A DNA stretch of 64,000 bases from Candidatus Krumholzibacteriota bacterium (GTDB lineage Bacteria > Krumholzibacteriota > Krumholzibacteriia > JAJRXK01). Within the stretch, counting starts at the first letter, position 1. Every line of letters starts with the position of its first letter. Below the pieces are notes generated by a model, which was not told the origin of the DNA, did not search any database, and was given only the letters and a program-made list of their open reading frames with translations. The stretch spans positions 288,001-352,000 of the forward strand of contig CAVXTH010000005.1 of the NCBI GenBank assembly GCA_963764625.1, read 5' to 3'. A program made the position numbers and the translations under genes. Below are positions 52,175 to 63,260 of the stretch, in pieces.

Positions 52175-53683
52175 GTGCTGTGGTTCTTTCTTCTGAGTGG
52201 CCTCTTCATGGGTTGGTCGCTGGGCGCCAACGATGCCGCGAACGTCTTCGGCACCGCGGTGAGCACCCGCATGGTGCGCTTCCGCACCGCCGCTCTGGTG
52301 GCCAGCCTCTTCGTGGTCTTGGGTTCGGTGATCGGCGGCGCCGGCACCACGCATACCCTGGGAAAGCTCGGATCGGTGAACGCCCTGGCGGGTTCGTTCA
52401 CGGTGGCCCTGGCGGCCGGCCTCACCGTGACCTGGATGACGCGTCTTCACCTGCCGGTGTCGACCTCCCAGGCGATCGTCGGCGCCATCGTGGGGTGGAA
52501 CATCTTCACCGGAGTGCCAACGGACCTCTCCTCGCTGGCGAGCATCGTCGGCACTTGGGTCATCTGTCCTGTTCTGGCCGCGATCTTTTCGATGGCGCTC
52601 TTCACGCTGGCCCGCCGTTGGTCGTCGAGCACACGAACCCACCTGCTGGCCATCCATGCGCGCACCCGCTGGGGACTCCTGGTGGTCGGGGCCATGGGAG
52701 CTTGGGCGTTGGGAGCCAACAACATCGCAAACGTGATGGGCGTGTTCGTGCCGGCGTTCCACCTCAGGAACGCGACCCTCCTACCAGGGATTCAACTGAA
52801 CAGCGCGCAACAGCTCTTCCTGCTGGGCTCTCTGGCCATCGGAATTGGGATCTTCACCTACTCGCGCGAGACCATGCGAACTGTCGGCCGTGATCTCTTC
52901 CGGCTCACCCCGGTGGCGGCGCTCGTCGTGGTCATCTCGGAGACCTTGGTGCTGTACCTCTTCGCCTCGGAGTCGCTGGAACATCTGCTGGCGTCCCATG
53001 GCTTGCCCACTCTGCCCTTGGTGCCGGTTTCGGCCTCGCAGGCGGTGGTGGGAGGCGTGCTGGGTATTGGTCTTTCCAAGGGGGCGCGCGGCGTCAATCT
53101 CAAGGTGTTGCGCGGAATCGCGGGAGGTTGGGTCACTACGCCCATCGCGGCCGCGGTGCTATGCTACGTCTCGCTGTTCTTCGTACAGAACGTGTTCGAG
53201 CAGAAAGTCGTGCGACCAGTGCACTACGAAATCTCCCCCGCGGTGCTCGAACATCTCGAGGGGATGGGCGTGAACACCTCACGATTGCCCGAACTCGATG
53301 GATCGAGAGTTCGATAATGCCCGCAACTTCCGAGCTTCGCTCTTCATCATCAAAGGGAATTCGCGCCGAACCCAGCATGCACGCCGTCTTCACCGCCGCT
53401 AGAATCCACGAAACCTACGTCGACTCCACCGTGGTCTCGGACGGAGCTGGTGAAGGAGGGATTCAGCGAGGAGGAACTTCGCGGTATTGCCGCGTTGCAC
53501 GGAAACCGATATCACCACGACTGGCAGCTCGACGTCGATCTCGCCCGGGTTTCCCCGGCCTGGCGTCCCCGTACGGGTCGAGGCGCCGCAGTGCTCAACA
53601 AAGGGCTCAAGCGGAAAGAAGCGCGCATCCATCGCGTGTTCCGCGTGCCCAGCGGCGAGAGCGAAGATTTCCAGGAAGACTGA
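52175..53683 (+). CDS. PiT inorganic phosphate transporter with C-terminal extension; frameshifts near 53310 and 53445
   Basis: GANDAAN and GANNIAN signatures, PVSTSQ. Confidence 0.9.
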
Positions 53684-53718
53684 GTTTTTAGCGCGGCGTT
53701 TACGATCAGGCGGCGGGT

Positions 53719-54755
53719 TCATCCGCCCAGACGGATCATCTCGATCTTCTTGTGGTCGGCCGGATCGTAGCCACTCTCGCTCAGGATCGCCTCGAGCCGC
53801 TCCTCGCTGTAACGGTCGCCGCGCTTGACCCACACACCCTCGATCATCGCGCTCAACTGTGCGTCGGTTCGCTCCCTCGCGCATCGGACCACGAAGATCG
53901 AACCCATCCTGCGCGAAGAGACAGGTGACGAGCTTGCCGTCGGCCGTGAGACGAGCGCGGGTGCAGGTGCCGCAGAAGGGATCGCTCACTGATGCGATGA
54001 CCCCGAGAGTGGCGTCTCCCTTTTCACTGACGAACTCCATCGCGGGCGCGCGATCCTCTCTGCGCCCGTGCCTGCGCAGCTTCAACTGGGCCGAGAGAAC
54101 CCGCAGAATCTCCGCTTGCGTCATGGTGCGGCTGAGGTCCCAACCATTCGCCTGCCCCACGTCCATGTATTCGATGAAGCGCAGCTGCAGCGATTCCTGC
54201 CGGGCGAATTCGAAAAGGTCGACGATTTCGTCATCGTTCATCCCGCGCAAAATGACCGCGTTGATCTTCACCGGACCGAGCCCCGCCTCTTTGGCCGCGC
54301 TGATTCCGGCCAGGACCTGAGCGAGCTTTCCCCGGCGATTGATTTGCGCGAAGCGCTCCGGGCGCAGACTGTCGAGACTGACGTTTACCCGATTCAACCC
54401 CGACTCTTTGAGGCGACGCGCGCGGCTCAGGGGTGAGGAGGGATCCGTTCGTGGTGAGACTGATGTCCTTCAGACCGGGAACCTCGCGCAGCATGGCGAC
54501 CAGGTTCTCCAGGTCTTGCCGTACCAGCGGCTCGCCTCCCGTCAGACGCACCCTCTCCACTCCGTGCTGGCAGAACAAAGTGCTCAGGCGCGTCACTTCT
54601 TCATAGCTCAGAATTTCCCGTTTGGGCGTCCAATCGTACTCGTCATTGGGCATGCAATAGGTACAACGGAAATTGCACCGGTCCGTCACGGAGATGCGGA
54701 GATCTCTGAGAGGACGGCCCAGAGTATCGGTGGTCTCGGGTTGGTGGTTCGTCAT
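53719..54755 (-). CDS. moaA: GTP 3',8-cyclase; frameshifted twice
   Basis: LRISVTDRCNFRCTYCMP, LTGGEP, NVSLDS, FCGTCTRARLTADG, C-terminal MIRLGG. Confidence 0.95.
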
Positions 54756-54798
54756 GGAGCCATTCTAACTCATCGGGAGAGAGGCGGAGGGCGGCAAA

Positions 54799-55551
54799 TC
54801 AGCTCACACCGCTCAACTTCGACTTCGAGAGCTCCCGATTCAGCATGGCGATGAAGTCGATGCTGATGCCCTTGGGGCAGACGGCCTCGCACTCGGTGTG
54901 GTTGCTGCAGGCCCCGAAGCCCTCGGCATCCATCTGGGCCACCATCTTCGACACCCTCTCCTTCCCCTCGAGCTTGCCCTGTGGCAGAAGCCCCAGATGG
55001 CTTACTTTGGCGGCCACGAACAGCATCGCGCTCGCATTGGGGCACGAGGCCACGCAGGCGCCGCAGCCGATGCAGGCTGCAGCATCCATCGCGCGGTCGC
55101 TCTCGGTCTTGTGGATCGGGGTGGCGTTGGCGTCCTGGGGGCTGCCGGTGCTGACGGAGACGTAGCCCCCCGCCTGGAGAATGCGATCGAATGAAGACCG
55201 ATCGATGACGAGGTCCTTGATGATGGGAAAGCCTCGCGCGCGGAAGGGCTCGATGGTGATCGTATCGCCGTCACGATAGGTGCGCATGTGCACCTGGCAG
55301 GTGGTCGTCTCCTTCATGGGGCCATGGGGCCTTCCGTTGAGGACCAGACTGCACATGCCGCAGATTCCCTCTCGGCAATCGTGATCAAATGCCACGGGAT
55401 CGTCACCCTCGTGAGTGAGTTTCACGTTCAGGTCGTCGAGCATTTCGAGGAACGACTGGTCGGGAGAGACGTCCTTCATCTCGTAGGTGACGAAGCCGCC
55501 CTTCACATTCGGTCCCTTCTGTCGCCAGATCTTCAGCTTGACGTCCATCAC
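54799..55551 (-). CDS. sdhB: Succinate dehydrogenase/fumarate reductase Fe-S subunit
   Basis: [25 protein letters not shown]. Confidence 0.97.
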   Translation of the reverse strand: MMDVKLKIWRQKGPNVKGGFVTYEMKDVSPDQSFLEMLDDLNVKLTHEGDDPVAFDHDCREGICGMCSLVLNGRPHGPMKETTTCQVHMRTYRDGDTITIEPFRARGFPIIKDLVIDRSSFDRILQAGGYVSVSTGSPQDANATPIHKTESDRAMDAAACIGCGACVASCPNASAMLFVAAKVSHLGLLPQGKLEGKERVSKMVAQMDAEGFGACSNHTECEAVCPKGISIDFIAMLNRELSKSKLSGVS

Positions 55552-57458
55552 TTGTAACTCCGTGTTGCGAGTTTCACGTTCTCGAACTCGAGAAGTTCCT
55601 TGTGAAGCTCAGGCCTTTCCCCTACTCCCTTGTATTCCCACGCGGCGACGTAAGCGTACTCTTCGTCGTTCCGCACCGCCTCTCCCTCGTCGCTCTGATG
55701 CTCCACCCTCAGGTGCGCCCCGCACGACTCGTCGCGCTGGAGAGCGTCGTAGCAGAGCAGCTCGGCGAACTCGAGGAAGTCGGCCACGCGATTCGCCTTC
55801 TCCAACGACTGGTTGAATTCGTCGATTCCGCCCGGCACACGCACGTCTTCCCAGAATTCCCCGCGCAACTCAGGGATGAGCTGCAGAGCTTTCTTGAGTC
55901 CCTCTTCGCTGCGCGCGAGACCGCAGTACTCCCAGAGGATGCGACCGAGTTTCTTGTGGAATTCATCGCTGCTGCGCTTGCCGCCGATGGCGAGCAGTTT
56001 GAGCATACGATCGCGCGCCGCCCCCTCGGCCTCGGCGAAGGCCGGGTGCGAGGTGTTCACCTCTTCGAGAGAAGTCGACACCAAGTAGTGTCCCAGGGTG
56101 TAGGGAATGACGAAGTAGCCGTCGGCCAGACCCTGCATGAGCGCGCTGGCTCCCAGGCGATTCGCGCCATGATCTGAAAAGTTCGCCTCGCCGAGCACGT
56201 GCAGGCCCGGGATGGTACTCATCAGATGATAGTCGACCCACAGCCCGCCCATTGTGTAGTGAGGCGCGGGGAAGATGCGCATGGGCACTTCATAAGGATT
56301 CTCATCGGTAATGCGCTGATACATCTCGAAGAGATTGCCGTAGCGGGCCTCGATGACATCCTTGCCCAACCGGCTGATCGCGTCCTTGAAGTCGAGATAG
56401 ACCGCGTTGCCTCCGCCAATGCCCCTGCCCTCGTCACAAACCTCCTTGGCCGAACGCGAGGAGACGTCGCGAGGGGCTAGATTGCCGAAACTGGGGTACT
56501 TGCGCTCCAGGTAGTAGTCGCGCTCGTCTTCGGGAATCTCGCCCGGTTTGCGGTTGTCGTTCACCTTCTTGCTCACCCACACGCGGCCATCGTTGCGCAG
56601 TGACTCGCTCATGAGCGTCAATTTACTCTGCCGCTCCCCGTGTAGGGGAATACAGGTGGGATGAATCTGCGTGTAACACGGATTCGCGAAGGCCGCGCCC
56701 TTCTTGTGCGCGCGGAACGCCGCGTTCACGTTGCAGTTCATCGCATTCGTGCTCAGGTAGAACACCGGAGAGAAGCCGCCGGTGGCGAGCAGAACCGCGT
56801 GCGCGGCGTGGCTCTCGATCTTCCCCGTCACCAGGTTGCGCACCACGATGCCACGCGCCTTGCCGTTCACGACCACCAGGTCGAGCATTTCGGTGCGGGG
56901 ATACATTTTTACTTTCCCCGTGTTGATCTGGCGGTTCAACGCGCCGTAGGCGCCGAGCAGAAGCTGCTGCCCCGTCTGGCCGCGCGCGTAGAAGGTGCGG
57001 GAAACCTGAGCCCCCCCAAACGAGCGCGTGGCCAACATTCCGCCGTATTCACGCGCGAAGGGCACACCCTGGGCGACACATTGATCGATGATGCTGTTGC
57101 TTACCTGGGCCAGACGGTACACGTTCGCCTCGCGGCTGCGGAAGTCTCCCCCCTTCACCGTGTCGTAGAAGAGGCGGAAGATGCTGTCCCCGTCGTTCGG
57201 GTAGTTCTTCGCCGCGTTGATTCCGCCCTGGGCCGCAATGCTGTGCGCGCGGCGAGGACTGTCCTGGAAGCAAAAGCTCTTCACTTCGTAACCGAGCTCA
57301 GCCAAGCTCGCCGCGGCCGAGGCGCCGGCCAGTCCGGTGCCGACGACGATCACCGTAAACTTCCGCTTGTTGGCTGGGTTGACCAGTTTCATGTCGAAAC
57401 GATGTTGGTCCCACTTTTCCTCGATCGACCCACCTGGAACATTACTTTGGAGTTTCAT
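55548..57458 (-). CDS. sdhA: Succinate dehydrogenase/fumarate reductase flavoprotein subunit
   Basis: [34 protein letters not shown]. Confidence 0.97.
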   Translation of the reverse strand: MKLQSNVPGGSIEEKWDQHRFDMKLVNPANKRKFTVIVVGTGLAGASAAASLAELGYEVKSFCFQDSPRRAHSIAAQGGINAAKNYPNDGDSIFRLFYDTVKGGDFRSREANVYRLAQVSNSIIDQCVAQGVPFAREYGGMLATRSFGGAQVSRTFYARGQTGQQLLLGAYGALNRQINTGKVKMYPRTEMLDLVVVNGKARGIVVRNLVTGKIESHAAHAVLLATGGFSPVFYLSTNAMNCNVNAAFRAHKKGAAFANPCYTQIHPTCIPLHGERQSKLTLMSESLRNDGRVWVSKKVNDNRKPGEIPEDERDYYLERKYPSFGNLAPRDVSSRSAKEVCDEGRGIGGGNAVYLDFKDAISRLGKDVIEARYGNLFEMYQRITDENPYEVPMRIFPAPHYTMGGLWVDYHLMSTIPGLHVLGEANFSDHGANRLGASALMQGLADGYFVIPYTLGHYLVSTSLEEVNTSHPAFAEAEGAARDRMLKLLAIGGKRSSDEFHKKLGRILWEYCGLARSEEGLKKALQLIPELRGEFWEDVRVPGGIDEFNQSLEKANRVADFLEFAELLCYDALQRDESCGAHLRVEHQSDEGEAVRNDEEYAYVAAWEYKGVGERPELHKELLEFENVKLATRSYK

Positions 57459-57469
57459 GGCATCCCTTT

Positions 57470-58165
57470 CTAGTGAACTCTGCCGATGAGGATCGCCAGA
57501 GGGATGAGAATATTCCCGGCGCTCACGAGGACAGCGATTGCCACGGCTAGGGTGCGCCGCCACTGCTTGTGATTCGGATTCGCCACTCCCAGGGTCTGAA
57601 AAGCACTCCAGATGCCGTGATAGAGGTGCAGCCCAAGGAAGATCATGGCCACGATGTAAAAGGCGGAGACCCACCAGACGGAAAAGGTGAGCACCATGTT
57701 GTGGTGCACCTGACCGTGCGCAAACCCTCCGCCCGGGAAGAGACCTCCCGTGGTGAGATTGAGCAGATGGAAGATGATGAACGCGGCGAGAATGATCCCG
57801 CCCACGCGCATGGTGCGCGAGGCCAGAGTCGAGGAGACCGATTCGCGTTTCTGGTAATCCTGCGGCCGTGCCAGAGCGCTCATACGCCACACCGCGATGG
57901 CCGACCAGATGTGCAGAATTGCGGTAACGAGGAGTCCGATGCGGAAGATCCAGAGCACGTTGCCCCGGCTGAACACCGGGTACCCCACGGTCCTCAGAAA
58001 CTCTCCGTAGGCGTCGATCTTGTAAACGCCGTCGTGCGCGGGGACGAAGACCTTGAGATTGCCGAGCATGTGGATGACGACAAAGGCCACGAGTATGAAC
58101 CCGGTGACCGCCATCACGATCTTCTTCCCGATGGAAGACCGGTAAAGATTCACCACCCGCTGCAT
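57470..58165 (-). CDS. sdhC: Succinate dehydrogenase cytochrome b558 subunit
   Basis: [30 protein letters not shown]; five TM helices. Confidence 0.95.
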   Translation of the reverse strand: MQRVVNLYRSSIGKKIVMAVTGFILVAFVVIHMLGNLKVFVPAHDGVYKIDAYGEFLRTVGYPVFSRGNVLWIFRIGLLVTAILHIWSAIAVWRMSALARPQDYQKRESVSSTLASRTMRVGGIILAAFIIFHLLNLTTGGLFPGGGFAHGQVHHNMVLTFSVWWVSAFYIVAMIFLGLHLYHGIWSAFQTLGVANPNHKQWRRTLAVAIAVLVSAGNILIPLAILIGRVH

Positions 58166-58352
58166 TTCTACTCCATACGATAAGGCAAGGCGCCGTAACC
58201 CAAGGGGCCATTACCCAAAGGGCTAGGTGCGGAAATTCGCCGGCGAATGAAGAGCGGAAACGACACTCGGCCCTGCATCACCGGGGCGGGTAAACAACTG
58301 GAAATATTGATCCTCGGAGCGACTTTAGGCAAGGATCCATTCGAAAAGGTCG

Positions 58353-59083
58353 TCAGTCTCCCCGTCGAATGCGGGGAATCAGCCGCGGCACGCGTTCACG
58401 ATACCTGAGATAGGATTCCCCGTGCACCACCACCAGGTCCCTCTCCTCCAACGGAAGCGCGAGAAGGATGTACAGAGTCCCGCAGATCGCCATGAACAGT
58501 CGATCGGCACTCATGTGGGCGGTGCCCCACAAGAGCAGAATCACCCCGGCCTGGATGGGATGACGAACCACTCGATAGAAAAGTGGGGTCACCAGCGGGG
58601 GCGCCGTGTAACCGCGTCCCGTCAGCGCCAGCAGCGGACGGCGCAGACCCATGAGATCGAGGCCATCGATGAGGGTGCTGGAGAGCAGGGCCACGAGAAA
58701 CCCCAGGGCCCCAACTCCGTCAGCGAGAAGAGAGAGCGGAAGATGCAGGCTCCAGATGGTTCCAGCAAGAGGCTGCCACAGGAACACTAGGGTGAGAGTC
58801 ACCGCAGCGGAGAAGAAGACGTACAGCGTTCGTTCGGGAAGAAATGGCGCGGCGCGACCGAGCCAGTTCTTGAAGGGGGTCCGCGCCATGACGCTGTGCT
58901 GCACGCCGAAGAACACCCAGAGGGCAAGATTCATCGCTAAACGGGCCCCCAACGGCTGAATCGGTCCAAGGAAGGGCGCTGCGGGGATCGGGACTCCCAC
59001 GAGCAAGAGTCCGAAGAGGGCCAAGGAGAGAGCGCGAGAGCGGCGCTGAAGAGTGCGCTTGAAAGCGACAACAGAACGGCCAT
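58353..59083 (-). CDS. Methanethiol S-methyltransferase (MddA)/ICMT-like membrane protein; frameshift near the 5' end
   Basis: QHSVMAR..FK.W, ERTLYV, LWQP, YRVVRHP, EERDL..GESY..YR.RVP. Confidence 0.8.
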
Positions 59084-59109
59084 GAGAGTCTTCCCGTGCA
59101 TTCGCGGGG

Positions 59110-59670
59110 TCAGCGCATCGACTCGTCCGTGGTGGTGGAGTCGCCCTCGAGTGGCCGCGGGGAATCGCCCAGCAAGGCCTCGATCTCAGCCGCGAGGCGC
59201 TCGCGGCTGTCGGGCCGATAGCCGAGGTGAACCGCAACCGCGTGTCGGCGCTGATCGATGAGGACGGCGGTGGGCAGACTGCTCACTCCGTACTCCCGCG
59301 CCACTCTCTTGTCCTTGTCGATCGCGACGTAGAAAGGGAGTTCCTGGGCCTGGCGATAGGCCTCCACCTTTTCGGCCATCTGTGGCAGATCCTGGCTGAC
59401 GGCGAGTATCCGAAATCCGCGTCCCGAGTAGCGCTGGTAGAGCTCGACGTATTCGGGCATGGCCTTACGGCAGGGACTGCACCAGGTGGCCCAAAAGTCC
59501 ACGAGCACGGGACCGTCCTTCACCAGCTCCGAGAGCTTGACCGATCCCTTCTCCCCCACGAGCGACAACTTGATCTCCGGGGCCCGGCCCAAGTCCTGGA
59601 ACTCCACTTTCGGAGTAGCGGTCTCGCTCGCGGGCAAAACGAACAGTAAGATCGCCAGTAGCAGATTCAC
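59110..59670 (-). CDS. TlpA family exported disulfide reductase
   Basis: Signal peptide, DFWATWCSPC, cis-Pro loop LPT. Confidence 0.92.
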   Translation of the reverse strand: MNLLLAILLFVLPASETATPKVEFQDLGRAPEIKLSLVGEKGSVKLSELVKDGPVLVDFWATWCSPCRKAMPEYVELYQRYSGRGFRILAVSQDLPQMAEKVEAYRQAQELPFYVAIDKDKRVAREYGVSSLPTAVLIDQRRHAVAVHLGYRPDSRERLAAEIEALLGDSPRPLEGDSTTTDESMR

Positions 59671-60470
59671 TTGCCCATCTCTTTCTCGGCCATGGCCCGA
59701 AGACCCACGAGGTCGGTATGGCTCGATTCGAGGATGTCCCCCAGATCGGACTTCGATCCGTCGGAGAACATGGTCTTGCGATGACCACCCGAGACCATGT
59801 CGGTGTTGCCTTTGCGGCGCTCGGCCCGCACTTCACCTTCGAGTACGCAGAGGCAGGTTCCCTCAGGGGTACACATGAGTTTGAAGCAGGTTCCGGTGAC
59901 CTCGATGATGCTCTCGGATGTGTTGAGGACCAAATGCGAGCCCGGAAAGCGCGGACCGGTGATCCATCCCACCGAGCCGGTTTCGATCGTACCCTCCATG
60001 CGGCGGTTGAACCAACGACCAGGCGCGTTGGGAAGCGACACGGTCGCTCCACCATAAAGCTCGGCCATCACGATTCCACCTTGCTTGAAATAGGCGCGGG
60101 AATCCTCCGCGATCTCGACTTTGGAGCCACCGTGCAGCAGGGCCCGAACCGCATCCGGATCGCTCAGGGCAACACTGACACCATCGATGGTGGCGTTGCC
60201 CTCGCCCTCGACCAGCGTCCAGGCGGGGCCGCGGTTGAGAAGCCCGACCATGAGCACCAGCACCGCGGCGGCGGCCAGAGGCACCGCGACACGAAAATAC
60301 CAAGGACGGAGTGGCGCAGCCGGGAGACGCGATTGCAGCTCTCCACTGACGAAGTCCTGCTTGAGCCGGGCTCGAAACGCTGGATCGGCCTTAGGCGCAT
60401 CGAGCCCCGCGAGCGCATCCTTCGCCCGCTGTTGCGAGGGACTCAAGTGCTTGTTCTCTTCCGTATTCAT
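59667..60470 (-). CDS. FecR-domain membrane anti-sigma factor
   Basis: DPAFRARLK, TM VPLAAAAVLVL, EVTGTCF..CVLEGEV; overlaps the sigma stop. Confidence 0.8.
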   Translation of the reverse strand: MNTEENKHLSPSQQRAKDALAGLDAPKADPAFRARLKQDFVSGELQSRLPAAPLRPWYFRVAVPLAAAAVLVLMVGLLNRGPAWTLVEGEGNATIDGVSVALSDPDAVRALLHGGSKVEIAEDSRAYFKQGGIVMAELYGGATVSLPNAPGRWFNRRMEGTIETGSVGWITGPRFPGSHLVLNTSESIIEVTGTCFKLMCTPEGTCLCVLEGEVRAERRKGNTDMVSGGHRKTMFSDGSKSDLGDILESSHTDLVGLRAMAEKEMGK

Positions 60471-61099
60471 TCCCAAGTGTCCTCGAGGAGTTCCCCCAGC
60501 GCGCTGAGAGCGCGCGAATACCGCTTGCGGATCGCGCTGTAACTGGCTCCGACGATCTCCGCGATTTCCTGATGCCCCAGTCCTTGATAGTCGTGGAGAA
60601 CGACGACTTCGCGCAGGGCTTCGGGCAGACGGCGGATGGCCTCCTGAACCATCTTCTGGCCTTCCTTGCGCAGAAGCTCCCCCTCCGGAGTGGTGGTCTC
60701 TCGGAGCAGCGAAGCCCCCCATTCGGGTTCTTCATCGATAGAAACGGCGGCTTTGCTCATCTTGTGACCGCTGGAGCGAAAAAGATCGCGGCATACGTTC
60801 GTGGTGATGGTCAGGACCCACGGGGTGGGATTCCGATCGGGATCGATGCGATGCGCCGCCCGGTGAAGCTTCAGGAAGACCTCCTGGGTGGCGTCCTCCG
60901 CCGCCGGATGGTCCGACAGAAGGCGAAAGGCGAGACCGTAGATCTGGTCGAAGATCCGCTCGAAGAAGCGCTCCAGCGCCTTCGGATCGCGCCGACGAAC
61001 CCCCTCCAGCTCCTCCCGGGACCAGCGCGCCTCGTCCGGGGGCGCGGAGACCGGGGCAGACTTGGAATGGGCGTCTTGCGCTTCTGGGGTCATCGACAC
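60467..61099 (-). CDS. ECF RNA polymerase sigma factor
   Basis: AEDATQEVFLK, WVLTITTNVCRD, GLGHQEIAE..RYSRA. Confidence 0.95.
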   Translation of the reverse strand: MSMTPEAQDAHSKSAPVSAPPDEARWSREELEGVRRRDPKALERFFERIFDQIYGLAFRLLSDHPAAEDATQEVFLKLHRAAHRIDPDRNPTPWVLTITTNVCRDLFRSSGHKMSKAAVSIDEEPEWGASLLRETTTPEGELLRKEGQKMVQEAIRRLPEALREVVVLHDYQGLGHQEIAEIVGASYSAIRKRYSRALSALGELLEDTWE

Positions 61100-61105
61100 G
61101 AATCT

Positions 61106-61570
61106 TTACTTTTTGTTCGCCTTCAGTCCGTTCACCCAGGCTTCGAACGCGGCCTTGTCGGCCGCGCTGAGGCGCGCTTTCGGGTGCAGGGGAAGATAAT
61201 ACCAGAGCGGCATTTCCCCCTCGTGAATCTGTTCCTGGGCCTCCTGGAGCTTGTGGAGTGCCGCATCTCCGGTGTAGTCGGCCCAGCGCGAGAAGTTCAG
61301 GTGGTGGCGAGCCTCCTTGGCGTCGTAAGTCACCAGCCAAGAGGTCGGGGCGACGTGCGCGTACCAGGGCCAGCGTGTGTGGTAACTATGGCAATCATAG
61401 CACGAGCGCTGGAGCATGCTCGCGACCTCCGGCGGAGGAGAGAGCATGGCGAGCATGTCCGTGGACTCGGGTGCGGGGGGATTGCTCAGATCGGGCCGAA
61501 TCAACTGGGCCAGAGCCAGCAAGACCACCAACCCGAGCAGGCCGTTGCGAGCCAACCGGCGCTTTGTCAT
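61106..61570 (-). CDS. Monoheme c-type haem-binding domain protein
   Basis: SCYDCHS, WPWY, LNFS.W, EMP..Y. Confidence 0.9.
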   Translation of the reverse strand: MTKRRLARNGLLGLVVLLALAQLIRPDLSNPPAPESTDMLAMLSPPPEVASMLQRSCYDCHSYHTRWPWYAHVAPTSWLVTYDAKEARHHLNFSRWADYTGDAALHKLQEAQEQIHEGEMPLWYYLPLHPKARLSAADKAAFEAWVNGLKANKK

Positions 61571-61582
61571 CTCTTTATCCTC

Positions 61583-62773
61583 CTAGTAGCGAGCCATCGA
61601 GGGATCGACTCGTTTTGCCCAGGCTTCGATCCCTCCCACGAGATTCCGCGCATTCTTGAAACCGGCCCGGCGCAGAAAGGCCACCGCGTGCGCGCTGCGG
61701 ATTCCGTGGTGGCACATCACCACGGTCTCCCGGTTCGGGTCGAGCTCCGCGAGGCGCGCCGGTAGCTGACCCAGAGGAATGTGCCTGGCGTCGTCCAGAC
61801 GGCAGATCTCAAGTTCCTGCGCTTCGCGAACGTCCACCACCAGCGGCGAACCGGAACCTTGGCGCCGCTTGAACAACTCGTCCACGTAAATGTCGGCATG
61901 GGGCTTTGCGCTCGGCGTCGCTTCCACCTCGACTTCTTTCGGGCTTTCTGGCATTCCGCAGATCGCATCGTAATCGAGCAACTCCGTGATGCTCGGGTTC
62001 TCACCGCACACGGGACACTGTGGATCGCGCCGCAATGTGAGCGTCCGAAGATTCATTTGCAGTCCATCGAAGAGCAACATCCGGCCGATCAAAGGGGTTC
62101 CGATGGAGAGGATCACCTTGATCACTTCCATGCCCTGGATCGCCCCCATGATTCCCGGCAGGACGCCGAGAACCCCCCCTTCGGCGCACGATTCGACCAT
62201 ACCGGGAGGCGGAGGATCGGGGAAAAGGCAGCGATAGCAGGGACCCTTGCCGGCCCAGAACACCGAGGCCTGGCCCTCGAAACGCAAAATGCTGGCGTGG
62301 ACGTTGGGCCTCTTCAGAAACACGCAGGCATCATTCACCAGATACCGGGTTGCGAAGTTGTCCGAACCGTCGGCGATGACATCGTACTGGGAGAGAATGG
62401 ACCGCGCGTTCTCTCGCGAAAACCGTACCGCGTGTTTGATCAGTTGCACGTGGGGATTGATGCCCTGGAGGTGTTCGACCGCGGCATCGAGTTTCGCGCG
62501 GCCGATATCCTCGTCGGTGTAGAGAATCTGCCGCTGCAGATTGGAGATCTCTACCGTGTCGAAATCAACTAGTCCGATTCTTCCAACACCCGCCGCCGCG
62601 AGATAGATGGCGAGCGGCGATCCAAGTCCCCCCGCTCCCACGACCAGAACACTGCTCGCTTTGAGTTTGCTCTGCCCGGAAAGACCCACCTCGGGCAAGA
62701 CGAGATGGCGTCCGTAGCGGCGGATCTCCTGGTGGGAAAGCCCGTTCTTGGGGGCCTTCGGGGAGCGCATCAT
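61583..62773 (-). CDS. moeB: Molybdopterin-synthase adenylyltransferase with rhodanese domain (MoeB/MoeZ)
   Basis: VGAGGLG, SNLQRQ, CYRC, CPVC, rhodanese CHHGIRS. Confidence 0.95.
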   Translation of the reverse strand: MMRSPKAPKNGLSHQEIRRYGRHLVLPEVGLSGQSKLKASSVLVVGAGGLGSPLAIYLAAAGVGRIGLVDFDTVEISNLQRQILYTDEDIGRAKLDAAVEHLQGINPHVQLIKHAVRFSRENARSILSQYDVIADGSDNFATRYLVNDACVFLKRPNVHASILRFEGQASVFWAGKGPCYRCLFPDPPPPGMVESCAEGGVLGVLPGIMGAIQGMEVIKVILSIGTPLIGRMLLFDGLQMNLRTLTLRRDPQCPVCGENPSITELLDYDAICGMPESPKEVEVEATPSAKPHADIYVDELFKRRQGSGSPLVVDVREAQELEICRLDDARHIPLGQLPARLAELDPNRETVVMCHHGIRSAHAVAFLRRAGFKNARNLVGGIEAWAKRVDPSMARY

Positions 62774-62776
62774 CGA

Positions 62777-63196
62777 CTACTCTCCCAGAAGGTGAGCGCT
62801 CACGCGACGGGTGTGCCCGTGCGAGCGATGTTCGCAGAGGTAGATCCCCTGCCATGTTCCCAGGGTGGGAGAGCCGTCATCGACTGGCAGACTGAGGCTC
62901 GTATTCGTGAGGGCGCTGCGGACGTGCGCCGGCATGTCGTCGGGACCCTCGATGGTGTGGCGAAAGATCGGATCTCCGTCGGGTACCAGGCGCGCGAGGA
63001 AACGCTCGAGATCGGATTGCACGGTGGGATCGTAGTTCTCCTGCACGAGAAGAGACGCCGAGGTGTGACGAATTTGCAGGGTGAGCAGGCCCTGTCGAAC
63101 TCTCGTCGACTTGACCCAGGCCCGCACCACCTCGGTGAAGTCGAGCATCTTCTTGCCCTGCGTGGTGAGCACAAATTCCGTGAGCTCCTGCCGCAT
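62777..63196 (-). CDS. yjbQ: YjbQ/UPF0047 family protein
   Basis: HTSASL..EN.DP, EGPDDMPAH, LGTWQGIYL.EH. Confidence 0.93.
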   Translation of the reverse strand: MRQELTEFVLTTQGKKMLDFTEVVRAWVKSTRVRQGLLTLQIRHTSASLLVQENYDPTVQSDLERFLARLVPDGDPIFRHTIEGPDDMPAHVRSALTNTSLSLPVDDGSPTLGTWQGIYLCEHRSHGHTRRVSAHLLGE

Positions 63197-63260
63197 GCCG
63201 ACTCCCGGTTCGAGGTCTCCGCAAGAGTATAGGGTAGTTCGACCGCTCATCAAGCGACGG

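Noticed and set aside
57459-58211. N-terminal extension of SdhA in the 887-aa ORF
   Set aside because: Alternative frame over sdhC; SdhA homology starts at MKLQSN (57458).
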